DNA from: Betaproteobacteria bacterium
GTDB taxonomy: Bacteria; Pseudomonadota; Gammaproteobacteria; Burkholderiales; Usitatibacteraceae
Reading direction: 5' to 3'
Length of the DNA: 56,095 nt
Assembly (NCBI GenBank): GCA_043782425.1
Contig: JAYWAM010000331.1
Coordinates: 1-56,095, forward strand
Shown here: positions 1-10,368 of the stretch, one piece after another
How the letters are laid out: each line of letters opens with the position of its first letter
How positions within the stretch are numbered: the stretch's first letter is position 1
Made by a program: the position numbers and the translations under genes
Notes under the pieces: model-generated
Told to the model about the DNA's origin: nothing
Seen by the model: only the letters and a program-made list of their open reading frames with translations
The model's database searches: none

Positions 1-27
1 CCATTCGTAACGGTGCGCAAGCGCACC

Positions 28-897
28 CTACAACACCGCGGCGTATTGCAATGCGATACCGAAAAAAATCGCTGCGCCTATCCAGTTGTTGTGCAGGAAG
101 GCCTTGAAGCAAGCTTCGCGTGAACGCGCGCGTATCATGAGGTAGTGGCGGTAGGCTAGCCCGGCGGCAAGCACGAGAGTGGCGAAGTAGATACTAGAAA
201 AGGCGAGACGCCATCCGAGCGCGGCCAAAAGACCCAGCATGATCGCGTAGCAAAGCATCACCGCCAGAACGTCAAAGCGGCCAAACAGCAAGGCGCTGCT
301 GTTGATGCCTATCCTGATGTCGTCATCGCGATCAACCATGGCGTATTCGGTGTCGTAGGCGATGGTCCAGAATACGTTTGCCAGCAGCAGCCACCAGGCG
401 ATGGCGGAGACAGCACCAGTTGTCGCAGCAAAAGCCATAGGAATACCAAAGCCGAAGGCGATGCCCAGATAGGCCTGCGGCATTGCGAAAAAGCGTTTGG
501 TGTAGGGATAGCTTGCCGCCAGAAGCAGCGCAGCAAAGGAAAGATACAGCGCCAGAGTGTTGAGAAAAAGCACCACCAGAACCAAGGCCATGAAGCACAA
601 TACAGCGGCCACCATGAGCGCCTCCCAGGGCGCGATGTGACGCGCCGCAAGCGGGCGCTCGCGCGTGCGCTTCACTTTATCGTCAAAGTCGCGGTCGGCG
701 TAATCGTTGATGGCGCAACCGGCCGAGCGCATCAGCGCCGTGCCGAGTATAAACACCGCAACGATTATCGGGTCCGGCCTGCCGTTCGCTGCAATCCACA
801 AGCCCCACAGCGTCGGCCACAGCAGCAGCAGGATGCCGATGGGGCGGTGCAGGCGCACCAACAGGGCGTATTGGGTGAGGCGTTCAGTCAATGTCAT
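28..897 (-). CDS. ubiA: 4-hydroxybenzoate polyprenyltransferase
   Basis: 289-aa polytopic membrane ORF with the UbiA-family Asp-rich motif (NDYADRDFDDKVKRT). It overlaps the upstream ubiC-like ORF by 14 nt. Confidence 0.9.
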   Translation of the reverse strand: MTLTERLTQYALLVRLHRPIGILLLLWPTLWGLWIAANGRPDPIIVAVFILGTALMRSAGCAINDYADRDFDDKVKRTRERPLAARHIAPWEALMVAAVLCFMALVLVVLFLNTLALYLSFAALLLAASYPYTKRFFAMPQAYLGIAFGFGIPMAFAATTGAVSAIAWWLLLANVFWTIAYDTEYAMVDRDDDIRIGINSSALLFGRFDVLAVMLCYAIMLGLLAALGWRLAFSSIYFATLVLAAGLAYRHYLMIRARSREACFKAFLHNNWIGAAIFFGIALQYAAVL

Positions 898-1501
898 GGC
901 GCGCCTTGTCGCCTGGCAGCAGCAATATCCCCGGCAAAAAAACTTCCGTCACCAGCAAGCGCCTGCCGCGCAGCAGGAATACCGAGCGCCGCGCCCATAA
1001 CGTCCGTGGCAAAGCGCCGCAAAGCTCGTACGCGTGCCGGTAGAGCGGGTGCCGCTTATCAATTTTTTTGAACTCTATGGGCAATCGCGCAATGCGCGCA
1101 TCGGCGAACAACATGGCGGCCAGCGGGCGCGTTCCCAATCCTTTTAATGCGCGCCAGGCGCCATAAAGATCGCGCCGCGCCGCTAGGCTGTGGGCAAACA
1201 CCAGCGGCGTAGCGCCATTCCACAGGATCACTTCGCGCACCAGCGCCTGCTGCTTGAAGCGCAGCCCAAGCTCGGGCAATTCGTCGATGTTGCCGACGCG
1301 ATAGCGCTGCATGAGACGTGTCAGGTGAAAACCCGTTTGTGTTTGCGTATCTGGTTGAGAATTGGCGCTAGTGCTGCGGCAGCGCGCAATAATGCGCGCG
1401 GTGAGCGAGCCGCGCCAGGTGAGCCAGCTACGCAACGCATGCGGCTGGCTGGGCGGAACAGCGCGCCAGGCGGCGCGATTGGTGAGTTTCTTTTCTTTCA
1501 T
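884..1501 (-). CDS. ubiC: probable chorismate pyruvate-lyase
   Basis: 205-aa ORF wedged between recG (4-nt ATGA overlap) and ubiA (14-nt overlap). Its size and its position directly upstream of ubiA fit UbiC. The assignment rests on position and weak sequence recall only. Confidence 0.55.
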   Translation of the reverse strand: MKEKKLTNRAAWRAVPPSQPHALRSWLTWRGSLTARIIARCRSTSANSQPDTQTQTGFHLTRLMQRYRVGNIDELPELGLRFKQQALVREVILWNGATPLVFAHSLAARRDLYGAWRALKGLGTRPLAAMLFADARIARLPIEFKKIDKRHPLYRHAYELCGALPRTLWARRSVFLLRGRRLLVTEVFLPGILLLPGDKARHDID

Positions 1502-3657
1502 GCTTTGAGAAAATGTTGTTTATCGCCGATCCAGCGGTGCAGGTGATTTTCCACCACCGGCGATTTGGCTTCGATGAGCTGCTCTGCAACGCCGCGCGCC
1601 GCCTCAAGCAGCGCAGCATCGCGTTCAATGTCGGCGAAGCGCAGCAGCGCCATGCCCGATTGGCGGCTACCGAGAAATTCCCCCGGACCGCGCAATTGTA
1701 AATCCAGGCGCGCAATTTCAAACCCGTCGTGGTTTTCGTAGATTGCCTTGAGGCGCGCGCGCGCCGTTTGGCCGAGCGGATTCTGATAGAGCAGGATGCA
1801 GGTGCTGTGCAACGCGCCGCGACCGACACGGCCGCGCAACTGGTGCAGTTGCGCCAGCCCCATGCGTTCGGCGTTTTCGATCACCATGAGTGACGCATTG
1901 GCCACATCCACGCCGACTTCGATCACAGTGGTGGCCACCAACAACTGGATTTCGCCTGCCTTGAAGCGCGCCATGACGGCAGCTTTTTCCACGCCCTTCA
2001 TGCGTCCGTGCACCAGACCGACGACCAGCTCGGGAAAAGTTGCGGTCAATGTGTCGAAGGTATCCATGGCGGTCTGTAATTGCAGCTTTTCCGATTCTTC
2101 GATCAGCGGACACACCCAGTAGGCTTGCGCGCCCTCGGCGCAGGCGGCGCGTATGCGTTGCAGCACCTCATCGCGGCGCGCGTCGGACACCAACTTGGTG
2201 GCGATCGGCAAGCGCCCGGGCGGCAGCTCGTCAATCAGCGAAACATCGAGGTCAGCGAAATAACTCATCGACAGCGTGCGCGGAATCGGCGTGGCGCTCA
2301 TCATGAGCTGATGCGGCTCTTGCTTGGCTTTGTGGCGTAGCGCCAGGCGCTGGCCGACGCCGAAGCGGTGCTGCTCGTCGATGATGGAAAGCCCGAGCTT
2401 GCTAAATTCAACATCTTCCTGAAACAGCGCGTGTGTGCCGATCACCAACTGCGCGCTGCCGTCGGCGATTTTTTGTTTCGCCTCGCGCCGCTCCTTGGCC
2501 TTCTGGCTGCCGGTGAGCCAGCCGCTGTCTATGCCCAGCGGCACGAGCAGATCGTTAATTTTGCGGAAATGTTGTTCCGCCAGCAATTCCGTCGGCGCCA
2601 TGAGGGCGACCTGGTAGCCGTTCTCGATAGCCTGCAATGCGGCGAGCGCCGCGACGATGGTTTTGCCGCTGCCTACGTCGCCTTGTAGCAGGCGCTGCAT
2701 GGGATGCGGCTGCGCGAGATCGGCGCTGATTTCGGCAAAGGCGCGATGCTGCGCGTGCGTCAAAGAAAAGGGCAGCGACTTGATGAGCGCGTGCGTGAGT
2801 TTTTTCCCGGCGTGTAGCGGCGCCGCCGTCTTGTTACTGCGCGCCTGGCGCGCCAGACGCATGGCGAGCTGCTGCGCCAGAAGCTCATCGAATTTGAGGC
2901 GCTGCCAGGCAGGATGGCTTCCCTCCGACAGACTGGACAGCGAGGCATCGGGCGGCGGATTGTGCAACGTCTTGACGCTATCGGCAAAGCTGCCGAGCCG
3001 TAACGGTGATAAAACGCTTGCGGGCAGCGTGTCTGTCATCATGCCGCGCGCTACGGCGTGCGTCAGTGCGCGCTCAATCAAACCACGCAGTTGCGCTTGC
3101 GACAATCCTGCGGTGGTGGGATACACCGGCGTCATCGCCTCGGGAACCGGCGCATCCTGGCTCACCAGGTGATAGCGCGGATGCACCATTTCTGCGCCAA
3201 AGAAACCCGCCTTCACCTCGCCAAACAAACGCAGACGTTTACCGGGAGCGAGCTGTTTTACCTGGCTCATGTAGAAATTAATAAAGCGCAAATACAGCAG
3301 TTCGCCGCTGGCAAGCTCCTTGCACTTCACCACCAGTTGGCGGCGCGGACGGTAGGTGACTTCGCTGTGCTCTATTTCAACCTCGACTTGCGCGGCAATG
3401 CCTGGCCGACAGTCCGTCAGCGCGGTGATGCGCGTTTCGTCCTCATAACGCAGCGGTAGATGCAAAATGAGATCGAACTCGCGCGCAATGCCCAGGCGCA
3501 CAAGTTTTTCGGCCAGCGCAGGCGAAGCGAATGTTTCCGCGCCGCGCTTTGCGGGGGCTGTGGCTGTGACTGGACTGTTTACTTTTGTGGAAGACAAACC
3601 GGGAGCGCCAGAAGTGGATAGCGTGATTCTAATCGCTGCGGCGGGAAAACTCCGCAA
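1498..3657 (-). CDS. recG: ATP-dependent DNA helicase RecG
   Basis: 719-aa ORF with Walker A GDVGSGKT, a DEQH box (IIDEQHRFGV) and helicase motif VI (QLHQLRGRVGRG). The first ~40 aa may be an over-extension, so the true start is uncertain. Confidence 0.92.
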   Translation of the reverse strand: MRSFPAAAIRITLSTSGAPGLSSTKVNSPVTATAPAKRGAETFASPALAEKLVRLGIAREFDLILHLPLRYEDETRITALTDCRPGIAAQVEVEIEHSEVTYRPRRQLVVKCKELASGELLYLRFINFYMSQVKQLAPGKRLRLFGEVKAGFFGAEMVHPRYHLVSQDAPVPEAMTPVYPTTAGLSQAQLRGLIERALTHAVARGMMTDTLPASVLSPLRLGSFADSVKTLHNPPPDASLSSLSEGSHPAWQRLKFDELLAQQLAMRLARQARSNKTAAPLHAGKKLTHALIKSLPFSLTHAQHRAFAEISADLAQPHPMQRLLQGDVGSGKTIVAALAALQAIENGYQVALMAPTELLAEQHFRKINDLLVPLGIDSGWLTGSQKAKERREAKQKIADGSAQLVIGTHALFQEDVEFSKLGLSIIDEQHRFGVGQRLALRHKAKQEPHQLMMSATPIPRTLSMSYFADLDVSLIDELPPGRLPIATKLVSDARRDEVLQRIRAACAEGAQAYWVCPLIEESEKLQLQTAMDTFDTLTATFPELVVGLVHGRMKGVEKAAVMARFKAGEIQLLVATTVIEVGVDVANASLMVIENAERMGLAQLHQLRGRVGRGALHSTCILLYQNPLGQTARARLKAIYENHDGFEIARLDLQLRGPGEFLGSRQSGMALLRFADIERDAALLEAARGVAEQLIEAKSPVVENHLHRWIGDKQHFLKA

Positions 3658-3672
3658 ATCCCCTATTGCCCA

Positions 3673-4056
3673 CTAATCTTGCGTCAGCACCATGATGGCA
3701 TCCATCTCCACCTGCGCACCGCGCGGCAAGGCTGCCACACCGACTGCGGCGCGCGCCGGAAACGGCGTCTGAAAATACGTCGCCATGATTTCGTTCACCT
3801 TGGCAAAATGCGCCAGGTCGGTCAAAAAAACATTGAGCTTGACCACATCGTCCAAACTACCGCCTGCGGCGTGCGCCACGGCGGCCAGGTTGTCGAACAC
3901 GCGCGTGATCTGCGCTTCCATACCTTCGACCAATTGCATGGTGCGCGGATCAAGTGGAATCTGTCCCGACAAATAAACGGTATCGCCCACTTTCACGGCT
4001 TGCGAATAGCTGCCGATGGCGGCGGGTGCATCGGGCGTGGAAATAATGGATTTCAT
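3673..4056 (-). CDS. ridA: RidA/YjgF-family reactive-intermediate deaminase
   Basis: 127-aa ORF with typical YjgF/RidA sequence ([23 protein letters not shown]...). It has a 4-nt overlap with the upstream spoT stop. Confidence 0.85.
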   Translation of the reverse strand: MKSIISTPDAPAAIGSYSQAVKVGDTVYLSGQIPLDPRTMQLVEGMEAQITRVFDNLAAVAHAAGGSLDDVVKLNVFLTDLAHFAKVNEIMATYFQTPFPARAAVGVAALPRGAQVEMDAIMVLTQD

Positions 4057-6350
4057 ATGTGCCTGTTGTGCGGCGTGGCGCTACCGCCCTTGACGCGCGC
4101 AATGCGCACCACTTCCGGCAGGCGACGCAACAGGCGCAGGATGTTGGCCAGGTGCATGCGATTTTTCACTTCGAGCGTGAATTGCAAATCGGTATAGGTA
4201 ATTTCGCCCTCATGCTTGTCGTTCATCTGGATATGTTCGATATTGGATTCGGCGCTGGCGATTTCCGCCGCCAGCTTGGCGAGCACGCCACGCTTGTCGC
4301 TGACGGTGATTTTGATGGCGACGCTGAATAGATGATCGAGGTTGGGATCCCACTGCACATCAACCCACTTTCCCGGATCAAATTTAAAAGGATGAATAGT
4401 CGGGCAGTCGTGCGTGTGGATAATCAGTCCCGAGCCCTTGTTGATCTGGGCGATGATAGGATCGCCGGGTATCGGCCGACAACATGGCGCAAACTGTATC
4501 GCCATGCCCTCGGAGCCGCGGATGGTGATGGCTTCGCGCGGGCGGTGTTCGCCGTTATCGCTATCACTCACCGAGAACAGTTTGCGCGCTACCACCAGTG
4601 CGAGGCGTGTGCCTAGACCGATCTCGGCCAGCACTTCTTCCTTGCTCTTGGAATTGTCGCCCTTGAGCATGCGCTGCCAATGCACCTTACTAATGGAATG
4701 CGGATCGAAATCGAGCGAATGCACAGCCTGTATAAGCAGCAGTTCGCCCAACTCCACCGATTCCTGGAAGTGCATGTTTTTCAGGTAATGGCGGATATGT
4801 GAGCGCGCGCGACCGGTGGTGGCGTATGAAAGCCATGCCGAATTGGGACGGCCTTCGGGCGCGGTGATGATTTCGACGCGATCACCATTTCTGAGGCGCG
4901 TGCCGAGCGGCACTGACTCGTCGTTGACCTTGGCGCCCACCGCGTGATTGCCGATGTCGGAGTGCACCGAGTAAGCGTAATCAATCGGCGTGGCGCCTTT
5001 GGGCAGCGCAAATATTTTGCCCTTGGGTGAAAACAGATATACCTGATCGGGAAACAGATCGACTTTGATGTGTTCGAGAAACTCCATTGCGTCGCCGCTT
5101 TCCGACTGGATTTCCAGCAAGGATTGCAGCCATTGATGGGTTTTCTGCTGCATCTCGCTGATTTTTCCTTCGCCATTGGCTTCGGAGGATTTGTACAGCC
5201 AGTGCGATGCCACGCCGGCTTCGGCGATTTTGTGCATGTCGGTGGTGCGAATCTGTAGCTCTATGGGCGTGCCGAAAGGGCCGAACAGGGCGGTGTGCAG
5301 CGATTGGTAGCCATTGGGTTTGGGAATAGCGATGTAATCTTTGAACTTGCCGGGGAAAGGCTTGTACAGCGTGTGTAATGCGCCGAGCGCGAGGTAGCAC
5401 GAGACGACATCCTTGACGATAATGCGAAAGCCGTAAATATCGAGCACCTCGGAAAAAGTCAGCGATTTCTCCTGCATTTTTTTGTAAATCGAGGAGAGGT
5501 GTTTTTCACGCCCGCTGACGCTGCTCTCAATTTTGAATTCGGCGAGACGCGCATTGATCGCGTCGAGAATTTTTTTCAGCACTTCGCGGCGGTTGCCGCG
5601 CGCTGACTTGACGGCTTTTTCCAGTACCTTGAAACGGTTCGGATGCAGGTATTTGAAGCCTAAGTCTTCCAGCTCGTAGTACAGGCTGTTGAGCCCGAGC
5701 CGGTTGGCGATAGGCGAATAAATCTCCAGCGTTTCCTTGGCGATGCGCTCCTGTTTTTCCGGGCGCACGGCATCCAGAGTGCGCATGTTGTGCAGGCGGT
5801 CGGCCAGCTTGATGAGAATGACGCGCACATCGCGCGCCATGGCGAGCAGCATTTTGCGGAAGTTTTCCGCCTGCGCCTGCTCAATGGTTTCAAATTGCAG
5901 TCTGTCGATTTTCGATACGCCATCGACCAGCGCCGCAACCGCCTTGCCGAATTGCTGGCTGATTTCGCCCTTGGTGGTGGGCGTATCTTCCACCACGTCA
6001 TGCAGCAACGCAGCGATCAGCGCAGTCGCATCGAGATGCCAGGCGGCGAGAATTTTGGCGACGGCGAGCGGGTGCGTGATGTACGCTTCACCGCTGATGC
6101 GCAACTGGCCCTGGTGCGCGGTTTCGGCAACGGCAAAAGCCATCGCCACACGTTCAACGTCTTCAGGCTTGAGGTAGGTGGCGAGCAGTTTACCGAGCGC
6201 ATCGAAGCTGGGTTTGCCTGCACCTTCAGCACCATCTGCCAGAGCAGCAGGCGCGGGAGAATTATCAGTAGAGCGCGCAACCAGGCCAGCGTGCGCCGTG
6301 CCGAATGGGATTTTGGCGAGTTTGTCGTGCGAAGGTTGCAGGCTCGCCAT
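4053..6350 (-). CDS. spoT: bifunctional (p)ppGpp synthetase/hydrolase (RSH family)
   Basis: 765-aa ORF with an intact HD hydrolase motif (LLHDVVEDT) and a RelA/SpoT synthetase region ([18 protein letters not shown]), plus TGS-like and C-terminal ACT-like regions. It lies directly downstream of rpoZ, as in the classical spo operon. Confidence 0.92.
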   Translation of the reverse strand: MASLQPSHDKLAKIPFGTAHAGLVARSTDNSPAPAALADGAEGAGKPSFDALGKLLATYLKPEDVERVAMAFAVAETAHQGQLRISGEAYITHPLAVAKILAAWHLDATALIAALLHDVVEDTPTTKGEISQQFGKAVAALVDGVSKIDRLQFETIEQAQAENFRKMLLAMARDVRVILIKLADRLHNMRTLDAVRPEKQERIAKETLEIYSPIANRLGLNSLYYELEDLGFKYLHPNRFKVLEKAVKSARGNRREVLKKILDAINARLAEFKIESSVSGREKHLSSIYKKMQEKSLTFSEVLDIYGFRIIVKDVVSCYLALGALHTLYKPFPGKFKDYIAIPKPNGYQSLHTALFGPFGTPIELQIRTTDMHKIAEAGVASHWLYKSSEANGEGKISEMQQKTHQWLQSLLEIQSESGDAMEFLEHIKVDLFPDQVYLFSPKGKIFALPKGATPIDYAYSVHSDIGNHAVGAKVNDESVPLGTRLRNGDRVEIITAPEGRPNSAWLSYATTGRARSHIRHYLKNMHFQESVELGELLLIQAVHSLDFDPHSISKVHWQRMLKGDNSKSKEEVLAEIGLGTRLALVVARKLFSVSDSDNGEHRPREAITIRGSEGMAIQFAPCCRPIPGDPIIAQINKGSGLIIHTHDCPTIHPFKFDPGKWVDVQWDPNLDHLFSVAIKITVSDKRGVLAKLAAEIASAESNIEHIQMNDKHEGEITYTDLQFTLEVKNRMHLANILRLLRRLPEVVRIARVKGGSATPHNRHI

Positions 6351-6370
6351 AACCCATCAGTCTCATTTTT

Positions 6371-6592
6371 TTACAGCGGCTCGGCAGGCGGTGGGATTTG
6401 CGTGAGGATTTCCACGCCGATTCTGCCCGATGCGATTTCGCGCAACGCGACGACGCAGGGTTTGTCTCTACCCGCGTCCAGCGTCGGTGTGGCGCCGAGC
6501 GCGAGCTGGCGCGCGCGCGTGGTCGCCACCAGGGTAAGCTCAAAGCGGTTGGGAATTCGTTTAACGCAATCGTCAACAGTAATGCGTGCCAT
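6371..6592 (-). CDS. rpoZ: RNA polymerase omega subunit
   Basis: The ORF track gives 6371..6646. The conserved N-terminus [30 protein letters not shown] begins at the ATG at 6592, which is preceded by AAGGCAG. Confidence 0.85.
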   Translation of the reverse strand: MARITVDDCVKRIPNRFELTLVATTRARQLALGATPTLDAGRDKPCVVALREIASGRIGVEILTQIPPPAEPL

Positions 6593-6785
6593 AGCTGCCT
6601 TAACTTGGATGAAAAAAACCGGTGGATGGCCCTCATTATACCCCACCCAATGCTAACTTGCTGTTTTGCGGCGTTTTTTATCAATGCGGGGCGAAGGTGC
6701 TGCCTTGCGGCGGACAGATTGAGGCCAGAAAGCGCTTGGGGATGCAGTCAATTTGCCTAAGCCGGACGAGCCGGAACTAAAAACG

Positions 6786-6862
6786 ATTCTCGCGCCAAGA
6801 CGCAAAGAAAAACAAAAAACGGAGTTGATTTTCTTTGCGCCTTTGCGTCTTGGCGCGAGAAT
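6786..6862. repeat. REP-like palindromic element / possible partial terminator in the gmk-rpoZ spacer
   Basis: Perfect 22-nt inverted repeat ATTCTCGCGCCAAGACGCAAAG (6786-6807) / CTTTGCGTCTTGGCGCGAGAAT (6841-6862). On the transcribed minus strand the stem is followed by CGTTTTTAG. The overlapping track ORFs (6653..6937, 6753..7259) are translations of the palindrome. Confidence 0.6.
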
Positions 6863-6899
6863 TCTTCTCACAAATTTCGAAGATTTATCTGATAAGAGA

Positions 6900-7508
6900 C
6901 TAAACGAACTTGGAAATGATGTCGGCCTGGCGCACAAGCTGGCGTGCGCGCGTGAGGCGTGCGGCTTGCACTATGGCGCGCAGGTCGCGCAACGCGGTCG
7001 CAAAGTCGTCGTTCACAACGATGAAATCGGCCTCGGAAATATGCTGCATCTCCTGACGCGCCCCGGCGATACGACGCGCAATGACGTCTGGCGCATCTTT
7101 GCCGCGCGCAGTGAGGCGTTGTTCCAATGTCGCAAAGGACGGCGGCATAATGAAAATATCCACCATATCGGGGAAAATTCTGCGCACTTGGGTGGCGCCT
7201 TGCCAATCGATCTCCAGCAGAACGTCATCGCCCGCCGCGCGCGCCGTCGTAATCCATGACTTGGAGGTGCCGTATAAATTGCCGTAAACCTCGGCGTGTT
7301 CAAGGAACTCGTCTTGCGCCAGTAGCGCCTCGAACTCGCTGCGGCTTACGAATTGATAGTCGCGCCCATTGACTTCCCCGCTACGCGGCGCGCGTGTCGT
7401 ATACGACACCGACAGGCGGATTTGCGGCTCCTCCTTGAGCAGCGCCTCAACCAGGCTGGTTTTCCCGGCGCCCGAGGGAGCAACGATGGCGTATAGATTT
7501 CCGCTCAT
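6900..7508 (-). CDS. gmk: guanylate kinase
   Basis: 202-aa ORF with P-loop APSGAGKTSL and typical Gmk sequence (SVSYTTRAPRSGEVNGRDYQFVS). Confidence 0.93.
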   Translation of the reverse strand: MSGNLYAIVAPSGAGKTSLVEALLKEEPQIRLSVSYTTRAPRSGEVNGRDYQFVSRSEFEALLAQDEFLEHAEVYGNLYGTSKSWITTARAAGDDVLLEIDWQGATQVRRIFPDMVDIFIMPPSFATLEQRLTARGKDAPDVIARRIAGARQEMQHISEADFIVVNDDFATALRDLRAIVQAARLTRARQLVRQADIISKFV

Positions 7509-7523
7509 GACATTTCCACAACG

Positions 7524-8387
7524 CTACTCGATGTTCTGTATCTGCTCGCGCATCTGCTCAATCAGCACTTTCAGCTCTACCGCTAACTTCGATAAATCGG
7601 TGGTCACCGATTTCGAGCCTAGGGTGTTGGCTTCGCGGTTCAGTTCCTGCATGAGAAAATCGAGGCGCTTGCCCGCTGCGCCACCCTGTTTGAGGACGCG
7701 GCGCACTTCCTGGATATGCGCGCTTAAGCGGTTAAGTTCTTCGGCCACATCGATGCGCGCGGCAAACAGCACCACTTCCTGGCGGATACGATCATCGGCA
7801 GGGGCCTGTAGCGCCTCGCTCAAGCGCGCGCTGAGCTTTTCCTGAAAGGCTGCCACCGCAGCGGGAATCAGCGGCGTGGCTTGTTTTACAATGGCTTCTA
7901 TCCCGGTGAGGCGTTCACCTATCATCACGGCGAGTTTCTCGCCTTCGCGCAAGCGCGTGGCGTCCAGATCTGCCAGCGCTTCCTTCAGCATGGCGAGCAG
8001 TGCTTCGCGCATGGCCTCTGGTGGCGTCTGGTGTTCCGCCATCACGCCGGGGGCATGCAGCACCTCCCAAACCGAAAGCGGGCGGCTATCGGGAAAGCGC
8101 TTTGGCACCAGCGCCGCCGACTGCGCCAGGCCATCCAGCGCGGCCGCATCCGGGGCGCTGAGGGTGTTAGTGGCGACACTGTTGAAAGAAACGCGGCAAT
8201 CGACCTTGCCACGCGCCAGCCGGGACGCTATGGTTTCGCGCAACGCTCCCTCAAGGGTGCGCAGGTCATCGGGAAGGCGGCATTGAAACTCGAGAAAACG
8301 GTGATTGACCGAGCGTAGCTCTAGCGCCAGGCGACCGCCGGGCACTTCGCGGTTCACCAGGGCAAAACCGGTCATACTTGCAATCAT
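7524..8387 (-). CDS. yicC: YicC-family stress-induced protein
   Basis: 287-aa ORF with the YicC-like N-terminus (MTGFA...) and C-terminal signature (LIEQMREQIQNIE). Confidence 0.85.
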   Translation of the reverse strand: MIASMTGFALVNREVPGGRLALELRSVNHRFLEFQCRLPDDLRTLEGALRETIASRLARGKVDCRVSFNSVATNTLSAPDAAALDGLAQSAALVPKRFPDSRPLSVWEVLHAPGVMAEHQTPPEAMREALLAMLKEALADLDATRLREGEKLAVMIGERLTGIEAIVKQATPLIPAAVAAFQEKLSARLSEALQAPADDRIRQEVVLFAARIDVAEELNRLSAHIQEVRRVLKQGGAAGKRLDFLMQELNREANTLGSKSVTTDLSKLAVELKVLIEQMREQIQNIE

Positions 8388-8485
8388 GGATTAAAGGCTG
8401 CTTTACAAGGGGTTGGTAACACACGACAATTCGCTGTCGATTATAACTCAAGGCTCCAGCTCTCCCAGACTACTGACTGCTATAG

Positions 8486-9430
8486 ATGGCATCGCAACAA
8501 AACCACCCCTTGCCGGAAGGCTACATGCTGCAAACCTACCGCATCGAAAGACTGCTGTCATCGGGCGGGTTTTCTATCGTCTATCTGGCGCAAGATGAAA
8601 ATGAAACGCCGGTGGCGATCAAGGAGTATCTGCCGAGCTCTCTGGCGCTGCGTTCAGAGGGAGCGGAAGTCAAGGTCATTTCGGAAGAGAATCTGGCGGT
8701 GTTCCGCCACGGGCTGAAGTGTTTTTTTGAAGAGGGCCGTTCGCTGGCGACCATTTCGCACCCTAATGTGGTGCGTGTGGAAAACTTCTTCCGCGCCAAT
8801 GAAACTGTCTACATGGTGATGCAGTACGTGCGCGGGCGCACGCTACAGTTTCATATTCATCGCCATCGCCAGGAGTTCAGCGAAAGTTTTATCCGCCGCC
8901 TGTTCACCCATCTGTTGAATGGTCTGCGTGAAGTGCACGCCAAGAAACTGCTGCACCTCGATATCAAGCCGGCTAATATTTACATCACCATGGAAAGCAA
9001 GCCGGTGCTGCTGGATTTCGGCGCGGCGCGCCAGGCGTTGTCGCAGGATCACATGAAGCTGCGGCCTATGTATACCGCAGGCTACGCCGCGCCTGAACAG
9101 TATCGCAATGCCGATGGCATGGGGCCGTGGACCGATATTTACAGCGTTGGCGCGACGATGTATACCTGCATCTGCGGCACCTACCCCATGCCGGCCAACG
9201 AGCGCGCAAAGGACGACCAACTGGCGCCGCTCAAATCATTGGTCAAGCAAAGCTACTCGGAAGACTTGTACCGCATTATCGATTGGTGCTTGCAACTCGA
9301 TCATCTGCAACGCCCGCAGACTGCTTTCGAGTTGCAAAAAGCTCTCAATCAGGAGCCGCCGCAGGACTACCAGGCAGAAAGTTCCTTCGCCGGACGCATC
9401 AGACAAACCCTTACCAGAAAACTTTTCTAG
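8486..9430 (+). CDS. Hanks-type Ser/Thr protein kinase (kinase domain only)
   Basis: 314-aa ORF with catalytic loop HLDIKPANIY, DFGAAR and YAAPEQ. No TM segment or sensor domain is visible. Confidence 0.85.
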   Translation: MASQQNHPLPEGYMLQTYRIERLLSSGGFSIVYLAQDENETPVAIKEYLPSSLALRSEGAEVKVISEENLAVFRHGLKCFFEEGRSLATISHPNVVRVENFFRANETVYMVMQYVRGRTLQFHIHRHRQEFSESFIRRLFTHLLNGLREVHAKKLLHLDIKPANIYITMESKPVLLDFGAARQALSQDHMKLRPMYTAGYAAPEQYRNADGMGPWTDIYSVGATMYTCICGTYPMPANERAKDDQLAPLKSLVKQSYSEDLYRIIDWCLQLDHLQRPQTAFELQKALNQEPPQDYQAESSFAGRIRQTLTRKLF

Positions 9431-9438
9431 GTTAAACC

Positions 9439-10341
9439 ATGCGCTTTACTATCTACCAGGACAGCCATATCGGCGGACGCAAAGTCAACCAGGACCGGCT
9501 CGCTTACTCCTACAGCAAGGACGTGTTGCTGCTGGTGATCGCCGATGGCATGGGTGGTCATGCGCGCGGCGAAATCGCCGCCGAGATCACCGTCAATACC
9601 ATCACTCATCGTTTCCAGCAGGAAGCGCGCAGCACTTTGCGCAAGCCGCTGGAGTTTCTTAATGCCGCTTTCAATGCTGCGCACCGCGCCATCCTGGCGT
9701 TTGCCGATGAACACGACATGCTCGAATGTCCGCGCACGACCTGCGTGGCGTGTGTGATACAGGACGGCAAGGCGTGGTGGGCGCATTCCGGCGATTCACG
9801 CCTGTACATTCTGCGCAAAGGCAAGCTCGCCGTGACCACGCTCGATCACTCGCGCGTACAGCAGCTCATAGATGCCGGCATGATCACGCGCGAAGCGGCA
9901 GAGACCCACCCTGACCGCAACAAGATCTATAACTGCCTGGGCGGAGTGTTGCTGCCCGAGGTCACGCTATCTGACGAGTGGGTGCTCGAAGTCGGCGACA
10001 ATATCGTGCTGTCCACTGACGGTTTCTGGACGCAGATCCCCGCCCCCCAGCTTGCTGCCAAGCTGCAGAGTGAAAATATCCTCGCCTTGATGCCCACATT
10101 GCTTGTGGAAGCCGAAAAGCGCGCCGGCAGCGAAGCCGACAATCTGTCCGTCGTCGCCCTTACCTGGGAAAAGCAGGAGGAGAGCGATGTCGCCACGCAG
10201 ACTGTGACTTCCACGGTTCCCATGGATGGCTTTCACACGCAGACCAACATGGGCGACGCGCCGCACGAGTCGGTGTCGGACGAAGAAATCGAGCGCGCTA
10301 TCGCCGAAATTCAGCACGCCATCAAAAAAGTCACCAAGTAG
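9439..10341 (+). CDS. PP2C-family Ser/Thr phosphatase
   Basis: 300-aa ORF with ADGMGGH, LSTDGFW and ADNLSVVAL metal-binding motifs. It starts 9 nt after the kinase stop. Confidence 0.85.
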   Translation: MRFTIYQDSHIGGRKVNQDRLAYSYSKDVLLLVIADGMGGHARGEIAAEITVNTITHRFQQEARSTLRKPLEFLNAAFNAAHRAILAFADEHDMLECPRTTCVACVIQDGKAWWAHSGDSRLYILRKGKLAVTTLDHSRVQQLIDAGMITREAAETHPDRNKIYNCLGGVLLPEVTLSDEWVLEVGDNIVLSTDGFWTQIPAPQLAAKLQSENILALMPTLLVEAEKRAGSEADNLSVVALTWEKQEESDVATQTVTSTVPMDGFHTQTNMGDAPHESVSDEEIERAIAEIQHAIKKVTK

Positions 10342-10368
10342 CCCCGCTTACACTTTATCGAGTAAAAC

